This document shows, piece after piece, positions 56,268 to 64,000 of a stretch of 64,000 nt of DNA. The stretch is from Verrucomicrobiota bacterium (GTDB lineage: Bacteria; Verrucomicrobiota; Verrucomicrobiia; Chthoniobacterales; UBA10450). The DNA is taken from NCBI GenBank assembly GCA_003217875.1, contig QHMR01000017.1:2711-66710 (forward strand), written 5' to 3'. The notes below the pieces were generated by a model. The model did no database searches. It worked only from the letters and a program-made list of their open reading frames with translations, and was not told the DNA's origin. The first letter of the stretch is position 1. The number at the start of each line of letters is the position of its first letter. Both the position numbers and the translations under genes were made by a program.

Positions 56268-56840
56268 TCAGGCGGCTTGCGCAGCGGGTTTCTTTGCCCG
56301 GTCGCTAAACGGCATCCCCATCTCGCTTAAAAGCGATTTGGCTTCCTCGTCGGTGCGTGCCGTCGTGACGATTGTAACATCAAATCCGATATTTCGCTTG
56401 ATTTTATCGAGCTCGATCTCAGGGAAGATCGACTGATCCGAAACGCCGAGAGTATAGTTGCCGTGCTTGTCAAAACAACGCGGCGACACGCCGCGAAAGT
56501 CACGAATACGCGGGAGAGCGGCCTTGATGAAGCGCTCGAGAAATTCGTACATGCGCTCTCCACGCAAGGTTACCTTCGCGCCAATCGCCTGACCCTTGCG
56601 TAATTTGAAATTGGAGATGCTTTTCTTCGCCAGGGTTTCCATTGGACGCTGGCCCGTGATCAGCGCGAGTTCGGCTTTGGCTTCTTCCAGCGCTTGCTTC
56701 ACATCCGATTGCGAGCCGATCGAGGTGTTAATAACCACCTTCTCAACCTTCGGAATTTGGTGAACGTTTTTGTAGCCGTGCAGTTTTTGCAGCGCCGACA
56801 TAACCCGCTCCTTGTAATAGCGATGAAATTCGTTTTCCAT
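56268..56840 (-). CDS. rplE: 50S ribosomal protein L5
   Basis: ...VVINTSIGSQSDVKQALEEA...ITGQRP...RDFRG.... Confidence 0.97.
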   Translation of the reverse strand: MENEFHRYYKERVMSALQKLHGYKNVHQIPKVEKVVINTSIGSQSDVKQALEEAKAELALITGQRPMETLAKKSISNFKLRKGQAIGAKVTLRGERMYEFLERFIKAALPRIRDFRGVSPRCFDKHGNYTLGVSDQSIFPEIELDKIKRNIGFDVTIVTTARTDEEAKSLLSEMGMPFSDRAKKPAAQAA

Positions 56841-56850
56841 AGCCTCGCAG

Positions 56851-57141
56851 CTAGCGATTCTTGTTCTTTTTCGCTTTCGACTCTGCAGCTTTCACCGGTT
56901 TCGCATCGCGCTCGATCAATTTCACATTCGAAATATGAATTGGGCCTTCGCGCTCGGCGATCTTGCCGCTCGGATTGTCCTGTGATTTCCGCAGATGTTT
57001 CTTGATAATGCGTACACCTTCGACCAAAACGCGCTGCTTCCCCGGAAACACCGCCAGGATTCTGCCTGAGGAGCCGCGGAAATTCCCGGAGACGACTTCA
57101 ACTTGGTCGCCTTTTCTAACGTGACACTTCATTCGGTTCAT
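56851..57141 (-). CDS. rplX: 50S ribosomal protein L24
   Basis: [24 protein letters not shown]...(KOW motif). ATGA overlap with rplN. Confidence 0.95.
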   Translation of the reverse strand: MNRMKCHVRKGDQVEVVSGNFRGSSGRILAVFPGKQRVLVEGVRIIKKHLRKSQDNPSGKIAEREGPIHISNVKLIERDAKPVKAAESKAKKNKNR

Positions 57142-57503
57142 AGCACTTCCGGGGCAAGCGAGACGATTTTCATGAAGTTGCGCTCACGCAATTCGCGCGC
57201 AACGGGGCCGAAAATGCGTGTGCCGCGCGGATTCAAATCTTTATCGATAATAACGATCGCGTTGTTATCAAAGCGAAGCAGAGAACCATCCTCACGTCGG
57301 ATCGGTTGTTTCGTGCGGACGAGAACTGCACGCACCACTTCGCCCTTCTTTACTGTTCCGGTGGCGCTCGCTTCCTTTACGTTCGCAGTGATAACATCAC
57401 CGATCCCGGCGTAACGGGTCGCTTTACCTATCACGCCAATCATGGTCGCCATGCGCGCGCCGCTGTTGTCTGCCACATCTAATCTGGATCGAAGTTGTAT
57501 CAT
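57138..57503 (-). CDS. rplN: 50S ribosomal protein L14
   Basis: [24 protein letters not shown].... Confidence 0.97.
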   Translation of the reverse strand: MIQLRSRLDVADNSGARMATMIGVIGKATRYAGIGDVITANVKEASATGTVKKGEVVRAVLVRTKQPIRREDGSLLRFDNNAIVIIDKDLNPRGTRIFGPVARELRERNFMKIVSLAPEVL

Positions 57504-57552
57504 CGAAATCCTCCCTCTTCGTCTTACTGTATCCTTGCACCTGCGTCCGCAG

Positions 57553-57855
57553 CTATTTTCGGACGACCTCCACTAGACGCCATCGCTTCAACTTGCTCAG
57601 TGGTCGCGTCTCCATAATGCGAACAGTGTCGCCGGTCTTCGCCTGATTCTCCTCATCGTGCACATAAAATCTTTTCATTTGTTTGACAATTTTGCCAAAC
57701 TTGGGGTGCGGCACACGCGTGACCGTTCTCACTACAATTGTCTTGTTCATGCTGCTGGAAATCACTTCACCGGTTCGTGTCTTGCGTGCACTACGGTTCA
57801 CCGGCGCGGATTGCGGCGAAGCTGGTGACGGAACTGGTTGATCTTGCTCGGCCAT
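57553..57855 (-). CDS. rpsQ: 30S ribosomal protein S17
   Basis: Start taken at MAEQDQ (ATG 57855, 4 nt after the rpmC stop). The core is [39 protein letters not shown]. Confidence 0.93.
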   Translation of the reverse strand: MAEQDQPVPSPASPQSAPVNRSARKTRTGEVISSSMNKTIVVRTVTRVPHPKFGKIVKQMKRFYVHDEENQAKTGDTVRIMETRPLSKLKRWRLVEVVRK

Positions 57856-57859
57856 AACT

Positions 57860-58072
57860 CTACTTACTCGCGGTCTGTTTGGCGCGCCGCGACAGCACTG
57901 TTTCGAGCCTGGCAATGTCGCGCCGCAGCAACCGCAACCTGCTTGGCTGCTCAAGCTGGCCACTCTGCTGTTGCAACCGCAGGTGGAGACTTTCCTGGCG
58001 CAAGTCGCGTCTCTTGGTCAGCAATTCGTCCGTGGTCAGCTCAGTGAGTTCTTTCATTTTCATTGTTCTCAA
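57860..58072 (-). CDS. rpmC: 50S ribosomal protein L29
   Basis: [31 protein letters not shown].... Confidence 0.95.
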   Translation of the reverse strand: MRTMKMKELTELTTDELLTKRRDLRQESLHLRLQQQSGQLEQPSRLRLLRRDIARLETVLSRRAKQTASK

Positions 58073-58494
58073 GCGGCCCTGACATGATGTCGTGTAAGAA
58101 ACTTCGTGCGCACCGGCAACTTGTCCGCGGCAAGGCGCAGAGATTCGCGTGCGATCGATTCCGGCACGCCGTCCAACTCAAACAAAATGTTACCAGGGCG
58201 GACTGTCGCGACCCAGTACTCGGGTTGGCCTTTGCCCTTGCCCATACGCGTTTCCGGTGGACGCGAGGTCACCGATTTATCCGGGAAAATACGGATCCAC
58301 AGTTTGCCCTTGCGTTTCATATTGCGAGTGAGCGCGACGCGCGCGGCTTCGAGCTGCGTGTTGGTGATCCAGGCGCGTTCCAATGTCTGCAAACCGAACT
58401 CGCCAAAATCGATTTTTAGATTGCGCGAAGCCGTTCCCTTTCGGCTTCCTCGCTGGGTCTTTCGATACTTCACGCGTTTTGGCATTAACGGCAT
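58069..58494 (-). CDS. rplP: 50S ribosomal protein L16
   Basis: [20 protein letters not shown]...[12 protein letters not shown]. Confidence 0.97.
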   Translation of the reverse strand: MPLMPKRVKYRKTQRGSRKGTASRNLKIDFGEFGLQTLERAWITNTQLEAARVALTRNMKRKGKLWIRIFPDKSVTSRPPETRMGKGKGQPEYWVATVRPGNILFELDGVPESIARESLRLAADKLPVRTKFLTRHHVRAA

Positions 58495-58505
58495 AAATTT
58501 TCTCT

Positions 58506-59186
58506 TTAGACTTCAACCTGCTCGGGTGCGGGTGGCGGCGGTACGACTGGCTGAGGCGCTGGTTCTTCCTTTTTACACATCCAGCATTTCACGCCGATCT
58601 TACCATAGACCGTGTTTGCTTCCGCGAACCCGTAATCAATCGGCGTGCGCAAGGTATGCAGCGGGATTTTTCCCTCTCGATACCATTCCGAACGCGAAAT
58701 CTCCGCGCCATTGAGCCGGCCAGAACACCGCAGCCGAATTCCCTCGGCGCCAAAGTCCATCGCGGTCTGCACGGCTTTTTTCATTGCGCGGCGATAAGCA
58801 ATCCGCCGCTCGATCTGTAACGCCACATTTTCTGCGACAAGCTGAGCATCTAGTTCCGGCGTTTTGATTTCCTGAATATCGATCTTGACCTGTTTGCCCT
58901 CGGCCATCTTGGAAATTTCTTCCGTCATTTTTTCGATCTCCGCCCCTTTTCGTCCGATCACAATCCCAGGACGGGCGGTGTGAATGGTCACGCGAATTGA
59001 GTTCCACGCCCGTTCGATCACAATTTTCGATACCGCCGCAAATTGCAGCTTCTTCTTCACGTAATTGCGAATCTTCAGATCGCTGTGCAGAAATGACGGG
59101 AATTCCTGCGGCAATGCATACCAGCGCGAGCGCCAGTCTCGGTTTACACTGAGGCGAAACCCGGTTGGATTTACTTTTTGTCCCAT
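58506..59186 (-). CDS. rpsC: 30S ribosomal protein S3
   Basis: [24 protein letters not shown]...KH domain...[17 protein letters not shown]. Confidence 0.97.
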   Translation of the reverse strand: MGQKVNPTGFRLSVNRDWRSRWYALPQEFPSFLHSDLKIRNYVKKKLQFAAVSKIVIERAWNSIRVTIHTARPGIVIGRKGAEIEKMTEEISKMAEGKQVKIDIQEIKTPELDAQLVAENVALQIERRIAYRRAMKKAVQTAMDFGAEGIRLRCSGRLNGAEISRSEWYREGKIPLHTLRTPIDYGFAEANTVYGKIGVKCWMCKKEEPAPQPVVPPPPAPEQVEV

Positions 59187-59189
59187 AGA

Positions 59190-59675
59190 TTATTTCTTTC
59201 TATTTGCGCTCTGCTTTGGCTTCGCCGCTTTTTTCTCAGGTTCCGCTCCCACGCTTTCTGTAGCCTCGCTCTTCATCTGCTTCTTTGTCGCCTTGTTTTC
59301 CTGTTTCCGTTTCGCTTTTCGCGTTTCTCGCGTCTCGATTGAAATTTCGTCCGATAAAACAATGCGAATGTGACTGGTACGCTTCAAAATCCGGCTGGCA
59401 CTGCCCCGCGCGCGCGCCATGATTCGCTTCAAAGTTGGGCCTTCACCGACAATCGCCTCTTTCACAACCAACCCATCCGGTTTCAGGTTGGCATTATTTT
59501 CTGCATTGGCGATTGCGCTCTTCAGCGTCTTACCAATTAGAAATGCGGCCTTCTTCGGGGTGAAAGCCAGCAGATCGAGTGCTGCGGAAACCGGCAGACC
59601 CTGGATCTCACGCGTGACTTCGCGCGCTTTATACGGCGAAATCCGCGCATACTTATGTATCGATCTAACTTCCAT
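59190..59675 (-). CDS. rplV: 50S ribosomal protein L22 with a Lys-rich C-terminal extension of about 45 aa
   Basis: The core is ARISPYKAREVTREIQGLPV...RARGSASRILKRTSHIRIVL. It is followed by ...RKAKRKQENKATKKQMKSE...KKAAKPKQSANRKK. Confidence 0.95.
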   Translation of the reverse strand: MEVRSIHKYARISPYKAREVTREIQGLPVSAALDLLAFTPKKAAFLIGKTLKSAIANAENNANLKPDGLVVKEAIVGEGPTLKRIMARARGSASRILKRTSHIRIVLSDEISIETRETRKAKRKQENKATKKQMKSEATESVGAEPEKKAAKPKQSANRKK

Positions 59676-60458
59676 TTATCTTAAACTCATATTGGGTTGT
59701 GCATCCACCTGGAGCCGGTCCCCAACTTTTATTCTTTCCTTGCTTGAATTCATTTCCTGAATCACCGCACCGCAAATCTTTTGCCGCACATCGACTACTC
59801 GCAGAATCGCGATCTTTCGATCATCTTGCATCACTCGCATAGGCATCCCAATTTTTACTCCTTGTTTTTCGCCAAGGTTGCCGACTACAAACGACCACTC
59901 CTCCTTCACGCTGATCACGCTCCCATCCATTAGGCCGGGCTCAGGCAGGTCCGGCGTGCTGGTGGACTTTGTGATCAGCGTATTAATGCTGCGCAGCTGC
60001 GCCTCCACTTCCATTCGCGCTTTTGCGTCGCCGCCCTGCGAGGTTTTCAAATAACACAACACCGCTTCGTTCAAGCGCAACATCTCGTCGCGATATTGAT
60101 CGCGCTCTTTTTGCGCAAGTTGAAGATCGCTTACTGCTGCCAGCAAACGCTGCTCCAGCTTCGCCCGATCCTTGTTCGCTGACGCCAGGCCCAGCGCCTC
60201 CATTCGCAATTCGAGATCGGAATATTTCCGGCGGAGTTCTTCTGCCTCCGCGTTGGATTCAGCCAGGCTGCTGGTTAATGCCTTGAGCGACTCCTGTGCA
60301 ATCGACAGTTGCCGTTGCAGTTGTTCGTTTTCCCGCAATGCTTCAGCCGTCGCGGGGGACGCAGCGGTTTCTATCTTCGATTCTGACAAAGAACTGTTTC
60401 CCTGCGCTTGCGCGCAAATCCCAATTGCAAGTTGCAAATTCAAAATTACAAATTGCAC
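59676..60458 (-). CDS. Non-ribosomal secreted coiled-coil protein embedded in the S10 operon (alternative TTG start at 60515)
   Basis: The ORF lies on the operon strand. Its stop TAA abuts the rplV ATG (TAAATG). The predicted product has a signal-like segment VQFVILNLQLAIGICAQAQG, about 150 aa of coiled coil and a C-terminal beta-rich module of about 80 aa. No ribosomal family recognised. Confidence 0.7.
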   Translation of the reverse strand: MQFVILNLQLAIGICAQAQGNSSLSESKIETAASPATAEALRENEQLQRQLSIAQESLKALTSSLAESNAEAEELRRKYSDLELRMEALGLASANKDRAKLEQRLLAAVSDLQLAQKERDQYRDEMLRLNEAVLCYLKTSQGGDAKARMEVEAQLRSINTLITKSTSTPDLPEPGLMDGSVISVKEEWSFVVGNLGEKQGVKIGMPMRVMQDDRKIAILRVVDVRQKICGAVIQEMNSSKERIKVGDRLQVDAQPNMSLR

Positions 60459-60516
60459 GATCCCGCGGCGTAACCGCGACGTGCCAATCTGCAATCTGCA
60501 ATCTTCAATCTGCAAT
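60421..60516 (-). repeat. Two phased 7-nt repeat arrays flanking a GC hairpin at the rpsS/ORF junction
   Basis: Minus strand, first array: ATTGCAG ATTGAAG ATTGCAG ATTGCAG ATTGG. Then comes the hairpin CGCGG-TTACG-CCGCG. The second array is GTG CAATTTG TAATTTTG AATTTG CAACTTG CAATTGG GATTTGC. Confidence 0.8.
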
Positions 60517-60794
60517 TACTTGGTCACCTTCGCCGTGTGCGAACCGTGTTTCTTAAACACACGCGTAGGCGAAAATTCACCGAGCTTGTGGCCAACCATG
60601 TTCTCGGTGACGAAAACAGAATTAAACGTCTTTCCGTTGTGCACCAAAAACGTGTGGCCAACAAAATCCGGCGTCACCATCGAGCGTCGCGACCAGGTCT
60701 TGATCGGTTTCTTGACGCCCGAGCTGTTCATCTTGTCGATCTTCTCCAGAAGATGCAACTCGACGAAGGGTCCTTTCTTTAACGATCTAGCCAT
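60516..60794 (-). CDS. rpsS: 30S ribosomal protein S19
   Basis: [19 protein letters not shown]...[33 protein letters not shown]. Confidence 0.97.
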   Translation of the reverse strand: MARSLKKGPFVELHLLEKIDKMNSSGVKKPIKTWSRRSMVTPDFVGHTFLVHNGKTFNSVFVTENMVGHKLGEFSPTRVFKKHGSHTAKVTK

Positions 60795-60906
60795 AAAAAT
60801 CAAATGGTAATTGGAATCCGGAAGCTAGGAATCCAGGAGGAATTTGAAGTCCGGTTTCCTACATTCCTGTTTTCCTGATTCATCTTCTTCTGCAAAATTT
60901 TTCCGA

Positions 60907-61755
60907 TCAGGCTTTTTTCTTCGGCCTTCGCCTTTCCAAAATAAAACGGTCGCTCGGTTTATGTTTGCTGCGCGTTTTGAATCCTTTGGCCAGTTGTCCC
61001 CACGGACTGACTGGATGATGACGGCCGCCACCGCCTTTTGACTTCCCTTGTCCGCCACCCATGGGATGATCAATCGGATTCATCGCCATGCCCCGCACGT
61101 GCGGCCGGCGCCCTTGCCAGCGAGTGCGTCCCGCTTTGCCGCTCGACACATTCATGTGATCAACGTTCCCTACTTGGCCAACCGTAGCGAAACAGTTCTC
61201 GTGAATCCGTCGAATTTCGCCGGAGGGCATTTTCACGAGGGCGTAACCCGCCTCGATATTAGTTAACGTTGCCTGTTGCCCAGCGCTGCGCGCGACCTGG
61301 CCGCCACGACCGGGACTCAATTCGATGTTATGAATGTTCGTGCCAAGCGGAATGGCGCGAAGCGGCAGAGCATTTCCCAACTCAGGTGGAACATCATCTC
61401 CGGAGATAACCGTCGATCCTACTCGAAGCCCGTTTGGCGCAAGGATATAACTTAGCTCGCCATCTGAGTATTTGATAAGAGCGATTCGGGCAGAGCGGTT
61501 CGGATCGTACTCGATCCCTATAACGGCCGCTGAGACACCGCGCTTGCGCCGTTTGAAATCCACTTTGCGATATTTGTGCTTATGACCGCCCCCGATGTGA
61601 CGTGACGTAAGGCGGCCGTAGTTGTTGCGTCCGCCGGATTTGTTCTTCGGCTCAACCAACCTTCGTTCAGGGCGCCATTTCGTGATTTCATCGAAGCCAG
61701 GCAGCGACTTGAAACGCAGCGTTGGCGTTAGTGGGCGAAATTCCTTTAGAGCCAT
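60907..61755 (-). CDS. rplB: 50S ribosomal protein L2
   Basis: [23 protein letters not shown]...[18 protein letters not shown]. Confidence 0.97.
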   Translation of the reverse strand: MALKEFRPLTPTLRFKSLPGFDEITKWRPERRLVEPKNKSGGRNNYGRLTSRHIGGGHKHKYRKVDFKRRKRGVSAAVIGIEYDPNRSARIALIKYSDGELSYILAPNGLRVGSTVISGDDVPPELGNALPLRAIPLGTNIHNIELSPGRGGQVARSAGQQATLTNIEAGYALVKMPSGEIRRIHENCFATVGQVGNVDHMNVSSGKAGRTRWQGRRPHVRGMAMNPIDHPMGGGQGKSKGGGGRHHPVSPWGQLAKGFKTRSKHKPSDRFILERRRPKKKA

Positions 61756-61768
61756 ATGTGTCTCCCCA

Positions 61769-62050
61769 TCAGATGAGGTCGAGCTTTTCCCCTTCCTTCA
61801 ACGTCACGATGGCTTTCTTCCACCGCGGCCGCCGTCCTAAGGGGCCTCGCACACGCCTCTCCTTGCCGGCGTAATTACATGTATTGACATCGACAACTTT
61901 CTTTTGAAACAGCCGCTCAATTGCGTTCTTGATCTGAAGCTTGTTCGCTTTCGGACTGACGCGGAAGACATACTTGTTTTGCTTTTCGCTCATCAACGTC
62001 GATTTCTCAGTCAATGAGGCGGTCTGAATAATCTCGTGCGGCTCGTTCAT
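61769..62050 (-). CDS. rplW: 50S ribosomal protein L23
   Basis: ...[33 protein letters not shown].... Confidence 0.95.
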   Translation of the reverse strand: MNEPHEIIQTASLTEKSTLMSEKQNKYVFRVSPKANKLQIKNAIERLFQKKVVDVNTCNYAGKERRVRGPLGRRPRWKKAIVTLKEGEKLDLI

Positions 62051-62054
62051 TGCA

Positions 62055-62690
62055 TCACTCCGTAGTTTGATGACTCCGCGGCGACCGGGTCCGATCCGCT
62101 AATTGTTCGAGTGCCTTCTGGGTGACAAGAATCTTCTCGAACGCCAGCAATTGCTCTGTGTTTACATCGGAAGCGGTCGCAAGCGTCACCCGCTTGACGT
62201 TGCGTCCCGATTTCAAGGTTGTTTGATCGAAGGTGTCCGAAATTAAAAGAACTTTCCTCGCGTCGGTTTGTTTTTTCACCAACGCAACGAAGGCCTTCGT
62301 TTTCAGCTCTGACACGGCGAATTTTTCGGTCGTCAAAACGTCGCCGGACTTGATGCGCTCGCTCAAGGCTTTCCGAAACGCCAGGCGCCGTAATGATTTT
62401 GAAATCTTTTTGGAATAATCGCGCGGCTTTGGGCCAAACACGACGCCGCCACCTCGCCATATGGGCGATGATTTGTAACCGGCGCGAGCGCGGCCAGTTC
62501 CCTTCTGCCGCCAGGGCTTTGCACCAGAAAGGTCCACTTCCGCTTTGGTCTTTGTGTTAGCCGAACCGGAACGACGCGCTGCGCGCATCGCAACGACCAC
62601 ATCATGGACGGCCTGGCTACCGCGTCCATCTTCAATAATGTCGATTCTCGCTTCCTTCGCTGCGGCTTTGGTCAAAACTTTGGCGCTCAT
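62055..62690 (-). CDS. rplD: 50S ribosomal protein L4
   Basis: ...GAKPWRQKGTGRARAGYKSSPIWRGGGVVFGPKPRDY.... Confidence 0.97.
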   Translation of the reverse strand: MSAKVLTKAAAKEARIDIIEDGRGSQAVHDVVVAMRAARRSGSANTKTKAEVDLSGAKPWRQKGTGRARAGYKSSPIWRGGGVVFGPKPRDYSKKISKSLRRLAFRKALSERIKSGDVLTTEKFAVSELKTKAFVALVKKQTDARKVLLISDTFDQTTLKSGRNVKRVTLATASDVNTEQLLAFEKILVTQKALEQLADRTRSPRSHQTTE

Positions 62691-62693
62691 TTC

Positions 62694-63404
62694 TTATCGG
62701 ACGGTTATCGCGGGCTTCTTCGCCGCCTCCTGTTCGTCGTGTTTCCGGTGCGCCGCGTGCGTCGCCAGCACTCTTTCCGGATGCTTGATAGCTGGCCTAA
62801 CTATCACGTATCCACCGTTCGGCCCGGGCACCGCACCGCTGACTAAAATCAATTTCTCGGCTTCGCGCACCTGCAGGATTTGGAGATTTTGCACAGTCAC
62901 ACGCTCGCTACCGAGGTGCCCTGGCATTCCCTGGTTCTTCCAAATGCGTCCGGGCGTAGAACGATTGCCGACTGCGCCGATGCGCCGATGCGTTTTCGAA
63001 CCGTGCGCTGCGCCCTGTCCATGGAAATTATGCTTCTTCATCACTCCCTGAAATCCCTTTCCTTTCGATCGACCAATCACATCCACATAGTCGCCTGGTT
63101 GAAACTGGGTAACGTTTAAATTGATCTCGCCTTCAGGGAGATCGCTTGTCAGGCGAAACTCGCGCACAAATTTCTTTGGCTCGACTCCGGCCTTTTTAAA
63201 CTCACCCAACGACGATTTTATAACACGGGATTCCTTCTGAGCGCCGAACGCAACCTGCACCGCTGAATATCCGTCGTTTTGGTGGGTCAAGCGGCGCAGT
63301 AAAACATTATCGCCCGCCGCTATCACAGTCACAGGGTGCAATCGACCTTTGGCGTCGTAAACGCTGGTCATACCGATTTTTTGTCCAAGAAGTCCGATGC
63401 TCAT
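62694..63404 (-). CDS. rplC: 50S ribosomal protein L3 (with a ~25-aa basic C-terminal tail)
   Basis: MSIGLLGQKIGMTSVYD...GKGFQGVMKKHNFHGQGAAHGS.... Confidence 0.97.
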   Translation of the reverse strand: MSIGLLGQKIGMTSVYDAKGRLHPVTVIAAGDNVLLRRLTHQNDGYSAVQVAFGAQKESRVIKSSLGEFKKAGVEPKKFVREFRLTSDLPEGEINLNVTQFQPGDYVDVIGRSKGKGFQGVMKKHNFHGQGAAHGSKTHRRIGAVGNRSTPGRIWKNQGMPGHLGSERVTVQNLQILQVREAEKLILVSGAVPGPNGGYVIVRPAIKHPERVLATHAAHRKHDEQEAAKKPAITVR

Positions 63405-63441
63405 GACCGTGCGATTGCAAATCTTTCAGAAGCGCCTCCGC

Positions 63442-63753
63442 TTAAATCTTAATGGTAATGTCAACGCCCGCAGGCAAGTTCAGTTTCTTTAGTTCATCCA
63501 CTGTCTTGGCCGTTGGCTCGATGATGTCCAACAGCCGTTTGTGGGTGCGAATTTCAAATTGTTCCATGGACTTTTTGTCAACGTGCGGGGAACGATTCAC
63601 CGTAAACTTCTCGACTAATGTCGGTAGCGGAATAGGACCGGCCACGCGTGCCCCGGTGCGCTTGGCGGTCTCCACGATCTCCACGGCGGATTGATCCAGC
63701 ATCCGGTGATCGAACGCCTTCAAGCGAATCCGAATTCGCTGGCCATTGCTCAT
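63442..63753 (-). CDS. rpsJ: 30S ribosomal protein S10
   Basis: [41 protein letters not shown].... Confidence 0.97.
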   Translation of the reverse strand: MSNGQRIRIRLKAFDHRMLDQSAVEIVETAKRTGARVAGPIPLPTLVEKFTVNRSPHVDKKSMEQFEIRTHKRLLDIIEPTAKTVDELKKLNLPAGVDITIKI

Positions 63754-64000
63754 TTGCCCTCTTTCTGATCGAGAATGGCCGGAACCAGGTTCGCCGGCAC
63801 GGGCTGGAAATGCGAAGGTTCCATCGAATAACTGGAGCGACCCTTCGACAGCGAACGAATGGCAGTCGCGTAACCGAACAACTCGGCGAGTGGAACCTCG
63901 GCGTGAATAATCGCGAGGTTGCCGCGCGTTTCGATGTTGTTGATGCTGCCACGGCGCCGACTCAAGTCACCGCAAATGTCTCCCTGAAACTCGTCTGGAG
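63750..64000 (-). CDS. fusA: Elongation factor G, C-terminal end (gene continues past the window end)
   Basis: ...[65 protein letters not shown].... The stop overlaps the rpsJ start (ATGA). There is no tuf between fusA and rpsJ. Confidence 0.9.
   Translation of the reverse strand, partial: PDEFQGDICGDLSRRRGSINNIETRGNLAIIHAEVPLAELFGYATAIRSLSKGRSSYSMEPSHFQPVPANLVPAILDQKEGK

Noticed and set aside
60172-60810. 212-aa plus-strand ORF across the coiled-coil gene and rpsS
   Set aside because: It is antisense to rpsS, which is certain. The minus-strand ORF has coherent signal, coiled-coil and beta-module architecture and exact coupling to rplV.

Overview
The window looks like core chromosome from a moderately GC-rich bacterium. 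Several families hint at a PVC or Verrucomicrobia-like lineage: TIGR03067-type lipoprotein, CADD/PqqC-like enzyme, futalosine genes and Lys/Ala/Pro-rich tails on ribosomal proteins. That placement is inference only.

Layout:
- 1-11.3 kb: msrP (partial), a glycogen-debranching-enzyme remnant, a 3057-aa cyclic beta-1,2-glucan synthase (Cgs/NdvB type) and rpmH.
- 11.4-19.4 kb: GNAT, M1 aminopeptidase, an ECF sigma/anti-sigma module, a HAD hydrolase and a desaturase.
- 19.5-28.4 kb: prs-rplY-pth-rpsF-ssb-dprA-topoisomerase III-like, an EamA transporter and nrdR.
- 29-37.4 kb: damaged HIT and ndh genes, rpmI, ybeY, clpS-DUF2017, a second ECF pair and a frameshifted treS-pep2 fusion.
- 37.4-48.8 kb: CADD-like gene, degP-recG-recJ, small lipoproteins, mqnA plus a radical-SAM Mqn gene, an ECF sigma and a holin-like membrane protein.
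- 48.5-64 kb, minus strand: the S10-spc-alpha ribosomal superoperon, fusA end through rpsD.

I found no rRNA, canonical tRNA, CRISPR array, transposase or integrase.

Most notable observations:
1. A non-ribosomal secreted coiled-coil gene is translationally abutted between rpsS and rplV inside the S10 operon. Phased 7-nt repeat arrays precede it.
2. Two paralogous ~100-nt elements begin exactly like a tRNA-Lys(CUU) 5' half but lack a T-arm. They bracket the giant glucan synthase gene.
3. At least four metabolic genes carry short internal deletions, and rpsD and rpmH have lost their normal 3' ends and usual neighbours.
4. A 3+3 array of CAC(A/G)GAT sites sits at about 10-bp phasing.

All family assignments come from reading the translations and recalling family signatures. 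No searches were run.
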